From contig JBEBGD010000002.1 in assembly GCA_040081625.1 (NCBI GenBank), forward strand, positions 96,001 to 160,000: DNA of 64,000 bases. Direction: 5' to 3'. Positions 51,598 through 60,240 of this stretch are shown here, one piece after another; the stretch's first letter is position 1; every line of letters starts with the position of its first letter. The notes below the pieces were generated by a model. The model made no database searches, was not told where the DNA came from, and saw only the letters and a program-made list of their open reading frames with translations. Source of the stretch: Chthoniobacteraceae bacterium (GTDB lineage Bacteria > Verrucomicrobiota > Verrucomicrobiia > Chthoniobacterales > Chthoniobacteraceae). The position numbers and the translations under genes are program-made.

Positions 51598-51721
51598 TCG
51601 GCGAAGCGCAGATTCTTTCCAGAAGAAAACAACCCCTGCTCCGCCTGCGTCGCCCGCGTCGCTGACAAAATACCGCCAAGCCTCGCGCCCTCGTGCATAG
51701 AAAGGCGCACCGCACGAAAAG

Positions 51722-51756
51722 CTCGAAACCCGAAACCCAAGACCCGAAACTCGAAA
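51722..51756 (+). repeat. Heptamer tandem repeat (CYCGAAA-like x5)
   Basis: ctcgaaa cccgaaa cccaaga cccgaaa ctcgaaa. Confidence 0.8.
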
Positions 51757-51763
51757 CATTCCC

Positions 51764-52873
51764 ATGCCGCGCCTCGACTTCGAAATCACCATCCCTCCCG
51801 ACCCGGCCCGGCAGCACGTCGTCATCACCGGCACCGGCCCCGCGCTCGGCGACTGGCAGCCGGAAAAAGGCGTCGCGCTCCAGCTCTTCGCCGATGGCAA
51901 ATTCCGCGGCGGCTGCGACCTGCCGCACGGCCTCGTCGAATTCAAGATCACCCGCGGCACATGGGAGACCGAGGAGACCTACGCCGACGGCACCGCCGTG
52001 CTGAACTACCAATACCTCGTCGCCCACGACCTCACCGCCGTCGAGGAAGTCGAGAACTGGAGCGACTGCCCGCCCATCGAGCACGAACACCTCTGGGGCA
52101 AAGCCATCGAGTGCGAACTCCACGCCACCCAGCTCGGCGAGACCCGCCGCGTCTTTGTCTGGCTGCCGCCCGGCTACCTGCGCAGCGCCGACTCCCGCCA
52201 CCCCGTGCTCTACCTGCTCGACGGCCAGGACGCCCTGCTCGCCCTCTCCTCGCCGGAAAACGAAACGCTCGAAGCCGACGAATGGGTCGTCCGACTCAGC
52301 CGCGAAAACCTGATCCCCGAGCTCATCCTCGTCGCCGTCTGCCACAGCGAACGCTTCGGCCGCCGCGACACCGAGCTCAGCCCGCAGATCGACGGCCCGA
52401 AGATGGCCGACTTCCTCGCCACCGACCTCAAGCACTTCATCGACTACACGCTCTGCCGCGACCGCGTCCTGTCCGGCCCCGGGCACACCGGCGTGCTCGG
52501 CTTCAGCCTCGGCGCCAGCCTCGCGCTCTACTGCGCCGTCCGCCACGCGCACACCTTCGGCCGCATCGCCTGCCTCTCGACCGACTTCGAGGACCTCAGC
52601 CTCGACCCGCCCGAGGACTGCGCGCTCATCCGCCTCGTCGAGCACGAGCGCCACTTCACGCCCGGCCACACGCGGCTCTACTTCGACCACGGCACCATCG
52701 GCACCGACCGCGTAGTCGCCCGGCACCAGCAGCGGCTCGACGCCGTGTTGAAAGCGAAAGGCTTCCGCGAAGGCCACGACTGCAAGACGCTCATCGCCGA
52801 AGGCGCCGAGCATCACCTCAGCGCCTGGCGCGCACGGCTCGGCGCGCCGCTGCTGTTCTTGTTTGGGAAGTGA
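51764..52873 (+). CDS. Alpha/beta hydrolase (putative esterase) with N-terminal CBM20-like domain
   Basis: GPALGDW..FKITRGTWE; VWLPPGY, YLLDGQ, GFSLG, EHH. Confidence 0.85.
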   Translation: MPRLDFEITIPPDPARQHVVITGTGPALGDWQPEKGVALQLFADGKFRGGCDLPHGLVEFKITRGTWETEETYADGTAVLNYQYLVAHDLTAVEEVENWSDCPPIEHEHLWGKAIECELHATQLGETRRVFVWLPPGYLRSADSRHPVLYLLDGQDALLALSSPENETLEADEWVVRLSRENLIPELILVAVCHSERFGRRDTELSPQIDGPKMADFLATDLKHFIDYTLCRDRVLSGPGHTGVLGFSLGASLALYCAVRHAHTFGRIACLSTDFEDLSLDPPEDCALIRLVEHERHFTPGHTRLYFDHGTIGTDRVVARHQQRLDAVLKAKGFREGHDCKTLIAEGAEHHLSAWRARLGAPLLFLFGK

Positions 52874-52874
52874 G
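52835..52874 (+). repeat. 40-bp direct repeat copy 1 (3' end of esterase)
   Basis: cggctcggcgcgccgctgctgttcttgtttgggaagtgag; 38/40 identical to 53481-53520. Confidence 0.9.
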
Positions 52875-52935
52875 CGGTGTCGTGCCGCGCCGATCGATTC
52901 TTTACGACCGCTCAAGGGCGGCATAACCTCCGCCC

Positions 52936-53154
52936 ATGCTCGATTGGTCCGAATGCAAATCCGTCGAACGCGTTCCGGGACGCGTGAGTGGCGCGTGGGT
53001 CTTTCGCGGCACCCGCCTGCCGGTTCGCACGCTCTTCGAGAACATCGAGGCCGGCGCGACCGTGGACGAGTTCCTCACGTGGTATGAAGGCATCACGCGC
53101 GAGCAGGTGCTAGACGTGCTGCACCACGCCGGGCGCAGCCTCGCCGCGGCTTGA
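52936..53154 (+). CDS. DUF433-family antitoxin
   Basis: PGRVSGAWVFRGTRLPV..GATVDEFLTWY. Confidence 0.85.
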   Translation: MLDWSECKSVERVPGRVSGAWVFRGTRLPVRTLFENIEAGATVDEFLTWYEGITREQVLDVLHHAGRSLAAA

Positions 53155-53474
53155 TGCGAATCCTCTTCGATCAAGGCGCACCGGTCCCGCTGCGGCAGTG
53201 GTTGAGCGCGCACGAAGTCGAAACCGCCTGGCAGCGCGGCTGGTCGGAACTCTCCAACGGGGACCTCCTCGCCGCAGCCGAAGCCGCCGACTTCGATCTC
53301 CTGATCACCACGGATCGAAACCTCCGCTACCAACAGGACCTATCCGCCCGGCGCATCGCCATTCTCGTGCTGATGATCGCGAACTGGCCGAGGCTCGAAC
53401 CTCGCGCGACGGAGGTCGCAGCCGTCGTCGATTCGATCCGCCCCGGCGAATATCACGAGTGGGCGAGTGCTTGA
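53154..53474 (+). CDS. PIN-like (DUF5615-type) toxin
   Basis: MRILFDQ, GWSELSNGDLL, LITTDRNL; TGATG overlap. Confidence 0.8.
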   Translation: MRILFDQGAPVPLRQWLSAHEVETAWQRGWSELSNGDLLAAAEAADFDLLITTDRNLRYQQDLSARRIAILVLMIANWPRLEPRATEVAAVVDSIRPGEYHEWASA

Positions 53475-53480
53475 GGCGCC

Positions 53481-53520
53481 CGGCCCGGCGCGCCGCTGCT
53501 GTTTTTGTTTGGGAAGTGAG
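53481..53520 (+). repeat. 40-bp direct repeat copy 2
   Basis: cggcccggcgcgccgctgctgtttttgtttgggaagtgag. Confidence 0.9.
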
Positions 53521-53528
53521 GGTCGCTA

Positions 53529-53576
53529 AGAAATACTACTCACACGTAGTGTTTCTACTTCTGGACTGTGCCAAAA
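53529..53576. other. Left att junction: core site plus arm-type repeat
   Basis: agaaatactac-tcacac-gtagtgtttct (imperfect 11-6-11 dyad); gactgtgccaaaa at 53564-53576. Confidence 0.7.
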
Positions 53577-53611
53577 AATCGTGGCGGAGTGTGACACGGG
53601 CGGCGGGTTGT

Positions 53612-54043
53612 TCAAGCGGGAAGGTTGAATTCCAGAATGGCGGTTTTGAGCTGACCGATCCTCTTTTCCAACTTCGGAATCCAGACGTTGATGAAACTCG
53701 GATCTAGGCGCAGTCGGCCTTTGCGGATTTCGGAGCCGGCTAACCACGCCTGCGCCTCCGCGTTCTCGATCGCCCGCCTCAATACTTCGGGAAACGGCGT
53801 TTCCTTCACCCTCGTCATCTCCGCATCGAGTTCCTTTTGCGCCCTGGCCTTGTGCGTTCGTGCCGCGGCGAGCTTGCGAGCCTCTGCGATCCATATCCGG
53901 CCGGCATCGTCGCGACTCAGCTTCCCCGATTGATACCACCGCCAGAGCGTTGTGCGATCGATGTTCAGCTCCCTCGCGGCGGTCGTGAACGTCACGCGGC
54001 GAGAGGCGCCAAAGCGCCCGCGGGACCGGTATTGCGTCTTCAT
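53612..54043 (-). CDS. HTH DNA-binding protein (putative regulator)
   Basis: TFTTAARELNIDRTTLWRWYQSGKL. Confidence 0.65.
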   Translation of the reverse strand: MKTQYRSRGRFGASRRVTFTTAARELNIDRTTLWRWYQSGKLSRDDAGRIWIAEARKLAAARTHKARAQKELDAEMTRVKETPFPEVLRRAIENAEAQAWLAGSEIRKGRLRLDPSFINVWIPKLEKRIGQLKTAILEFNLPA

Positions 54044-54061
54044 GTTGCAACTGATGTTGCA
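54042..54061. promoter_or_regulatory. ATGTTGCA direct repeat in the divergent promoter region (putative operator)
   Basis: Copies at 54042-54049 and 54054-54061, overlapping the start of the HTH gene. Confidence 0.4.
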
Positions 54062-54192
54062 TTCAGAGAATCGCCACCACAACTAAAAAAGCAATTTCGA
54101 TCGACCGTTTTCAGAATTGCTCAGATTCGCTCTTTTCCTGCGGGCGGTTGCGCTACCGCCGCGAGGCGAGCGGTCCCTCCGCATGGGGTAGG

Positions 54193-54420
54193 ATGAAAAC
54201 ACTTACAGACTCACTCAAGCTCGGCCTGCGACCCGATGAAGGCGCGCAGGCTGTTGGTTCAAAACAATTGTTCACCGAGATGGTCGCCGCGGGCTGGATC
54301 GCGCCCGTCGTGCAGCGGCACAAGCTGACGATATACGACCGCGGCGACGTGGCGAAGGCGTGGGCGCGAATCTTGGCCGGCGAGCAGCCGCCGTCGCTGA
54401 AAAGGGCCAAGGTCGCCTAA
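54193..54420 (+). CDS. Excisionase/AlpA-like small DNA-binding protein
   Basis: LRPDEGAQAVGS..AGWIAP..TIYDRGDV winged-HTH pattern; divergent from HTH gene, upstream of helicase. Confidence 0.6.
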   Translation: MKTLTDSLKLGLRPDEGAQAVGSKQLFTEMVAAGWIAPVVQRHKLTIYDRGDVAKAWARILAGEQPPSLKRAKVA

Positions 54421-54478
54421 AAACGTCGCGCGCCGCACCCCGCTTTTGAGGTTGGGGCACGGCGCGCTTTATCGCTCA

Positions 54479-55891
54479 ATGAGTATCTCGACGTCAAACT
54501 GTCCGCCCGGCCTGCGCGCGGCGGAGGCGCCGCTCTACTGGCTCAATGGCCGATATGTGACGCCGACGACCTCGAGCAACGGCGAGGAGGAACTCGCGCC
54601 AATGACTACGGCGCGGATGGTCACATGGATCTCGCGTTTCATCACGTTCCTCGCGCCGCGGCGCGGGGAGATGGTCGGGCTCACCAAGAATTGCGCGGAG
54701 ATCATCCTGGCATCGGATGCGCTGCGCGCTTCGGTGCCGATCATCGACAACGTGGAGGCGCTGATCCTGCCGGGGGTGGAGATCGATGAGACGATGACTG
54801 CGCAGGAGGGGCTGGGGTGGCTGCGTAAGGCGGTGCTCGGGGAGTTCCCGTTCTGGCCCGAGGATAAGGAGCGCTCGGTGGCGGTGGTGGTGGCGGCGAT
54901 GCTGACGGGGTTTGCTCAACTGCTGATCGCTGACAAGGCGCAGCGGCCGTGCTTCGTGGTGATGGCTAATGCGGAGCGCTCGGGGAAGACGCTGCTGGTG
55001 AGGATCATGCTTTGCCCGGTGTTCGGTCGTGCGAAGGTGACGCCGCCGCCGTCTGGCGTGGATGATGCGGAGTTGCCGAAGAAGATCGCCTCTCTGGCGT
55101 TTGCTGGGGCGAGTTATGTGTTCCTGGACAACTGCAAGGGAAAGATCGGCGGCGGCCCGCTGGAGGCATTCATCACTTCCACGGTGATCAATGATCGCCT
55201 TCTAGGAAAGTCTGAGATGAAGGAGGCGGCGAACGATTTGCTCTACATGTTCACGGGGAACAACGCCGAGCTGACGCCTGACATGCGTGGGCGGTCGCTG
55301 GTGGTGGAGCTTTTCGTGGAAGAGGCGCAGCCGGAGTTGCGCGAGGTGCGCAACTGGCTGGACGAGAACCGGGTGCTGGCGATGCGGGCGCGAATTCTCT
55401 CTGTGCTGTGGGCAATCGTGCGCGAGTGGGCTGCCGGGGAGCGGCACAAGAGCGGGTGCTCGCACGGAACCTTCCAGGATTGGGCGGATGTGATTGGCTC
55501 CATGTGCGAGTGTGTGGGGCTGGTCTCCCCGGTGAAGCCTCCGCGCCTCCGTAAGCCGGTGGACGCGGACTTGGCAGCGTTCGATTCTCTGCTGCCGCTG
55601 GCGCTCGAGGACCGTGGGGATCGCCGGCTGATGGCGAGCGGGGAGCTGATGCAGTTCGCGCGTGAGCTGGGCGCGCTCAGCTTCCTACAGGAAGAGAAGC
55701 CAGAGGACGACAAGGAGGCTCGATCCGAGCGGGCCGCGTGGGGTAAAAGAATCGAGCGGTTCATCGATCAGCGCTTCCCCAGCGGGTGCAAGATCGAATG
55801 GGATGATCACACGTCGCGCACGAATCGCAGGCTCATAATCAGCCGGGTCGCCGATGTCAGCGTCCCGACCGTCCCGGAGGCAACAGAGTGA
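54479..55891 (+). CDS. P-loop replicative helicase-like ATPase (SF3-like)
   Basis: ANAERSGKT Walker A, VFLDN Walker B, FTGNN sensor, DMRGR. Confidence 0.75.
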   Translation: MSISTSNCPPGLRAAEAPLYWLNGRYVTPTTSSNGEEELAPMTTARMVTWISRFITFLAPRRGEMVGLTKNCAEIILASDALRASVPIIDNVEALILPGVEIDETMTAQEGLGWLRKAVLGEFPFWPEDKERSVAVVVAAMLTGFAQLLIADKAQRPCFVVMANAERSGKTLLVRIMLCPVFGRAKVTPPPSGVDDAELPKKIASLAFAGASYVFLDNCKGKIGGGPLEAFITSTVINDRLLGKSEMKEAANDLLYMFTGNNAELTPDMRGRSLVVELFVEEAQPELREVRNWLDENRVLAMRARILSVLWAIVREWAAGERHKSGCSHGTFQDWADVIGSMCECVGLVSPVKPPRLRKPVDADLAAFDSLLPLALEDRGDRRLMASGELMQFARELGALSFLQEEKPEDDKEARSERAAWGKRIERFIDQRFPSGCKIEWDDHTSRTNRRLIISRVADVSVPTVPEATE

Positions 55892-56002
55892 GCAGGACGC
55901 TCAGGACGCTCAACTGCTACTTTGGGCCTTCACATCACGCCCGCACTGGCGCTCGCGCAAAGCACCGGCCCGCGCCTAGCGATCAGCGTCCCGAGCGTCC
56001 TG
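55859..56002. repeat. Six 9-bp iterons (AGCGTCCYG), putative origin
   Basis: Pairs at 55859-55876 (fwd, one mismatch), 55893-55910 (rev), 55985-56002 (fwd). Confidence 0.7.
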
Positions 56003-56159
56003 ACAAGGAATCTTTTACCGCCACCTTTCCCTTCGGTTGTCTTGTCGGGCGGGGAATTTGCGAGCGGGGCGGCAAGGCGGATACGGTTACTCAGAGCCCC
56101 CTTGCGGCCACTTTTCGGAAACCTCGGAAACGTCGCATTTGACACCTCGCACTCGGCAG

Positions 56160-56420
56160 ATGCCACTCGCTGCTTTCGATCCAGCCCAAGACACTTTACT
56201 CAGCGCGACGCGCACCGCGCTGGCGCTCGGGATCACCCAGGCCGAGCTCCTGCGCGCTGTCCACTCGGGCCGGATCGCACCTACCGCCCGCATCGGCAAG
56301 GTGCTCGCGTTCGCCTTCAGCCGTCTGCCTGAGCTGCGCGCCGCACTGGTCCAGCCGGCGCTCCCACTGCGGGACGCTGAGGGGAAGTCGCCGGAGTCCC
56401 GGCTGAGGGGGCGGGGGTAG
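56160..56420 (+). CDS. Small HTH (Xis/MerR-like) protein
   Basis: LLSATRTALALGITQAELLRAVHSGRIAP. Confidence 0.55.
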   Translation: MPLAAFDPAQDTLLSATRTALALGITQAELLRAVHSGRIAPTARIGKVLAFAFSRLPELRAALVQPALPLRDAEGKSPESRLRGRG

Positions 56421-56705
56421 ATGACGGGCGATCACTATTTCATGGTCGTCGCCGCCATTGAGCGAAGCGGTCGCAAACTTCGTTACCGCGAAAAATTTGC
56501 CGCTGTGGAGCTCGGGATGGGCTGGCTCGCTTCGGGCGAGCTCTTCCTTGCCAGCCTTGAACGCTTGGGATTCCACGACGATGAGCTCGAGGAATTGCAA
56601 CGCCGGCTGATCGTCGCGCGGACACTGCCTCCGGCGCAACTCCATAGCTACTGCCGCGGCCCGCTACTCCGCGCCCGGCGCAGCATCCGCGAAAGCCGTC
56701 CATGA
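56421..56705 (+). CDS. Hypothetical protein (94 aa)
   Basis: Abuts the upstream stop, ATGA overlap with next gene. Confidence 0.5.
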   Translation: MTGDHYFMVVAAIERSGRKLRYREKFAAVELGMGWLASGELFLASLERLGFHDDELEELQRRLIVARTLPPAQLHSYCRGPLLRARRSIRESRP

Positions 56706-57298
56706 ATACACCCGCCGCACCTCCACCCTCGCCTTGTCTCGCCCTCTCCGCGCTCGCGCGAAAACTCGAACGTGCCGAAAAGACGCTCGACGCTGCCGAG
56801 AACTCTTTTTGTGAAACCTCGCGCCAGCTCGTCGCCGCCTGCCGCGCGGAGATCAACCGCCCGCCGCCCGGGCTCGGCACGAACCGCAGCGCGGCCAAGG
56901 GCATCGCGATCGGCTCGCGCCTCGCCGAGCGCGAGCTCCTGATGCGGGCGCGTCTCTCCCGCGCCGAGGAGCGCGATCATGAAGTCGCCGCCACCCTCGC
57001 CCGTAATCGCGCCGCGCTCACCGCGGCCGCGGCCGCGTTCGATGAGATCGTCGAGCCATCTATGGAAAAGCTTCGGCTTGCCCGCTTGCTGTCCTGCGCG
57101 CCTGCGCCTGGATCGAGCCCGCGCCTTCGCGCCGCACTCGCCGAGATGCTCGCGCAAGTCGATCGCGAGCCCGCCGGCTTCGCGCGCGCCGCGGCCTACT
57201 TCGATCGTGCCGACGCCATGACGAACCTCATCGGGCAAATGTCCGCCTTCAGCGGCGTCGTGACCGTCCCGCTCACCCAAACCCAACCAAAAAAGTAA
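56702..57298 (+). CDS. Helical protein, candidate tail assembly chaperone (G-like)
   Basis: Ala-rich helical; ends CCA AAA AAG TAA (slippery heptamer); position upstream of tape measure. Confidence 0.5.
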   Translation: MNTPAAPPPSPCLALSALARKLERAEKTLDAAENSFCETSRQLVAACRAEINRPPPGLGTNRSAAKGIAIGSRLAERELLMRARLSRAEERDHEVAATLARNRAALTAAAAAFDEIVEPSMEKLRLARLLSCAPAPGSSPRLRAALAEMLAQVDREPAGFARAAAYFDRADAMTNLIGQMSAFSGVVTVPLTQTQPKK

Positions 57299-57300
57299 CC

Positions 57301-57969
57301 ATGGAATTCAACTACATCGTCAATCACGGATACGTCGACATTCACGGCATCGCGCCGATGGAAAAAGGCAACCTTCTCACCAGGGAGCAGCGTGCTCAAC
57401 TCGCCGGCGTGGCCGAGAAGCTCGACGCCGCTTGGAATGGTGTCTCCAACTCCTGTCCCCGGGCCTGCGCGACCCGCCTTGGCGAAGCCCGCGAGCGCGC
57501 CCTCGCCGAGCCGCGAAACACGGTCGCGTTGGAAGAATACCGGCGCCTGCTCGATGAGCGTCCGGAGCTGATCTCCGCCCGCCACGCACGCGCCCACGCC
57601 GCGTTCAATGCGGGGGCGTTCAGGCTCGCCCCGCTGGCCGTCGTCGCGCTGCAAAACCTGAAGGCCGCGATCCTTCGGCGCGCCGAGAAAGTGCGCACGC
57701 TCTGGGCGTCCATCGCCGCCGAATTCCCTGGCAGCTTCGACGATCTCGCAATCAACGAGCACATCACCGGGCGAGTCGAGAATTCGATCAGGCAGGTCGA
57801 TGAGCAGATCTCCGCCCTGGCGAACCCCGCCGGGAACTGCGCGCACGTCGTCCTCGACGACCTGATGCAGATCAAGATCGCCACTGAGACGCGCCAGACC
57901 GCCGGCTCTGACTATCACGAGCCGCCGGTGCCCGTCGTCGATGGGGGCGCACTCGAGCTCGTTCGCTGA
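57301..57969 (+). CDS. Helical protein, candidate T-like part of a G-T frameshift product
   Basis: In the -1 frame of the upstream gene with no intervening stop; own ATG also present. Confidence 0.5.
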   Translation: MEFNYIVNHGYVDIHGIAPMEKGNLLTREQRAQLAGVAEKLDAAWNGVSNSCPRACATRLGEARERALAEPRNTVALEEYRRLLDERPELISARHARAHAAFNAGAFRLAPLAVVALQNLKAAILRRAEKVRTLWASIAAEFPGSFDDLAINEHITGRVENSIRQVDEQISALANPAGNCAHVVLDDLMQIKIATETRQTAGSDYHEPPVPVVDGGALELVR

Positions 57970-58086
57970 TTCCACCATTTCACTTTCCGGCGGCACTAGC
58001 ATGACCGTCGGGGAAAACCACCAGCCGCTTGGTTCATTACCCCGCGGCGCGCCGGGTTGCGGTGAGCGCGCCACCTTTACATTTCC

Positions 58087-59367
58087 ATGAGCACAGTCTC
58101 CGTATCACTCGGAATCAAGAACGCCGGCTTCAAGCGCGGCATCGACGAAGCCCGCGGGCAAATGCGCGGTTTGAAGCAGGAGGCAGAGCGCGGGGGCGGA
58201 CTGTTCGGGAAGCTCGGCGCCGGCATCGCCTCGCTCGGCCTCGCCGCCGCGGCCCGCAATGCGATCTCATTCGCCGGCACGCTCAGCGACACCTCCGCGG
58301 CGCTCAACCTCAACGTCGAGGAACTCCAGGGACTTCGCGCCGCCTTCGCCGATAGCGGCACGACTGGGCGCGCGTTCGACAAGTCGCTCGGCTCGCTGGT
58401 GCAAAAAATCGCGGACGCCAAAGGCGGCAACGCCGCGGCGCTCGCCAGCTTCACCGCGCTCGGCGTGAGCCTCGACGATCTCAACTCGAAATCCACCGGC
58501 GCCGTGCTCCTGCAAATGAGCGACGGCTTCAAGAAAGCCAATGGAAGTGGCACCGCGTTCAGCGCCGTCGTGGATATTCTCGGCAAGGGCGGGCACACGA
58601 TGGCCGCGGGTATGAGGGACGGCGCGGGCGGGGTGCGCGAACTCGCCGACGCCGCGGACAAGATGAGCATTGGCGCCGTCGCCGCGCTCGACGCGAGCGG
58701 CGATCAATCCGACCGCATCGGGCGGAAGATCACCACCGGCATCGGGCACGCCATCACCGGCCTTGCCGTCGGCTGGGACACCTTGATTGAGAAGGCGAAT
58801 CAAAGCCCGATGTGGAAGGGCTGGGTCGGCAAGCTTCCGAGCACCGGCACGAAAAAATCGATCGCTGCTGCGATCACTGCGGCCACCGCGCCAAAGCAGC
58901 ACGTCGAGCCCGCCGCCGGCGCCGCCGCCGCCGCCGATCAGCGCGTTGAGCAGCAAGCCGCCGCCATTCACGAGGCGCGCGATGCGGCCACCGTGAAGAT
59001 CGGCGATGACAAGGCCCAAGCCGAGCGCGCGCGCATCGCCAAGATGGCCAATGCCGGCGCCTCGCGTGCCGATCTCCGCCGCGAGGCCTACCGGGTAGTC
59101 CAGGCCGATCGCAAGGGGGACCGCGCCTTCGAGCGCGACTTCATGAAGCGAGATATGATGGGGCGCGCCCAGACCGACGCCAACCGCGCCGCGTCCCGCC
59201 TGCGTGCCGGCGCGGAACTCCAGCGCGTGAAGGATCTCGCCGATCCGGCCAAGCAGGCGGAGGCCGCGTTCGACAAGGCGATCGCGAAGCTCGGCAAGCC
59301 GGGCGTGCTCGACACGGCCGTCGAGAAACTCGGCGCTATCGAGCACAAAGTGCAATCCAGCCATTGA
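58087..59367 (+). CDS. Short phage tail tape-measure-like protein (426 aa)
   Basis: VSVSLGIKNAGFKRGI N-terminus; LSDTSAALNLNVEELQGL; AALASFTALGVSLDDL; Ala/Gly-rich helical. Confidence 0.75.
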   Translation: MSTVSVSLGIKNAGFKRGIDEARGQMRGLKQEAERGGGLFGKLGAGIASLGLAAAARNAISFAGTLSDTSAALNLNVEELQGLRAAFADSGTTGRAFDKSLGSLVQKIADAKGGNAAALASFTALGVSLDDLNSKSTGAVLLQMSDGFKKANGSGTAFSAVVDILGKGGHTMAAGMRDGAGGVRELADAADKMSIGAVAALDASGDQSDRIGRKITTGIGHAITGLAVGWDTLIEKANQSPMWKGWVGKLPSTGTKKSIAAAITAATAPKQHVEPAAGAAAAADQRVEQQAAAIHEARDAATVKIGDDKAQAERARIAKMANAGASRADLRREAYRVVQADRKGDRAFERDFMKRDMMGRAQTDANRAASRLRAGAELQRVKDLADPAKQAEAAFDKAIAKLGKPGVLDTAVEKLGAIEHKVQSSH

Positions 59368-59437
59368 CCGTGCGATGAGCCGCCCACGCAGCTCAGTCGC
59401 CGCGGCTTTGTCAACCACGGTTGACAAGGCCGCGCCC

Positions 59438-59605
59438 GTGAATGCTCACGCACCGCAGACGAATCGAGCTGGCAAGCGCGGTGTGTGGTTCACTGGTCGC
59501 GCGTGCGCGGAGTGTTTCGGCGAATGCGAGACAGACGGCTCAGGAATCGAATGGTGCGCGACCTCGCCCGCGCACTACTGGCGCACCGTCGAGCCGGCGG
59601 AGTAG
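59438..59605 (+). CDS. Possible Cys-rich microprotein
   Basis: CAECFGEC..WC..H; start uncertain (GTG 59438 or ATG 59375). Confidence 0.3.
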   Translation: MNAHAPQTNRAGKRGVWFTGRACAECFGECETDGSGIEWCATSPAHYWRTVEPAE

Positions 59606-59679
59606 ATGCCAATCGAGACGGACACGCCCGGCAGGACAACGAAAAAACCCGCCGGGCGCGCCGTTATCTGTCTGGTGAA

Positions 59680-60003
59680 TCAGGCTGCGGCGGCCCGATA
59701 GGCTTCGACCGCGCCGCGGGCGAATGCGTCTGCATCCAAGCCCGAGCAATGCTCGCGGAGGTTGTCGAGAATCCCGCTCCAGATGACCTGTGCGTGCGGC
59801 CCGCGATCCTGCTCAGCCTTGGCCAAAAAACTGAGTTGGCCGATGTCCGCCATTTCCGCCCACTCCCTGCCGCGCGCACGGCTGGCCTCACTTAACTTTC
59901 TTCGCTCCTCCGCCGATTCGATTGCTCCTGCGCGATTTTTCTCTGCATTGGCGGCTGCGTGCGCGCGGATGCGCCGCGCCAACATTTCATTCGATTGGTT
60001 CAT
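59680..60003 (-). CDS. Hypothetical protein (107 aa)
   Basis: ATG preceded by an A/C-rich leader like other genes here. Confidence 0.5.
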   Translation of the reverse strand: MNQSNEMLARRIRAHAAANAEKNRAGAIESAEERRKLSEASRARGREWAEMADIGQLSFLAKAEQDRGPHAQVIWSGILDNLREHCSGLDADAFARGAVEAYRAAAA

Positions 60004-60185
60004 AGCTCTGTTTGGTTTTTGAATACACCCCTTCCGAGGTGCCAGAGTCCGCGCCATGAATCTTTGTGAGGTTCGACCTGGTGGCGATTTCCTCACGCGT
60101 TCCGCACTCACGGGACGCACTCTCGCTGAGAGCGTGCGGAGAATACGCGATGGGGATTTGATTGCAACCCGTTTTTTTCATCGCG

Positions 60186-60219
60186 AAAACAGCCGGCGCC
60201 CCCTCTCGAGAGCGCCGGC
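60186..60219 (-). terminator. Possible terminator after the integrase operon
   Basis: gccggcgc/gcgccggc stem followed by TGTTTT on - strand. Confidence 0.4.
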
Positions 60220-60240
60220 CCGGTTACGTGTCGCCGCGAT

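Noticed and set aside
51690..51712. NtrC site upstream of glnB (tgcatagaaaggcgca)
   Set aside because: Spacing is one base short of TGCAC-N7-GTGCA and the match is weak.
53529..53556. att dyad as a chromosomal dif/XerCD site
   Set aside because: The 11-6-11 geometry fits, but neither arm matches the XerD consensus TTATGTTAAAT well, and the element has its own integrase and arm repeats.
57970..58086. Structured RNA before the tape-measure gene
   Set aside because: Only short GC-rich stems, as expected by chance; needs covariation data.
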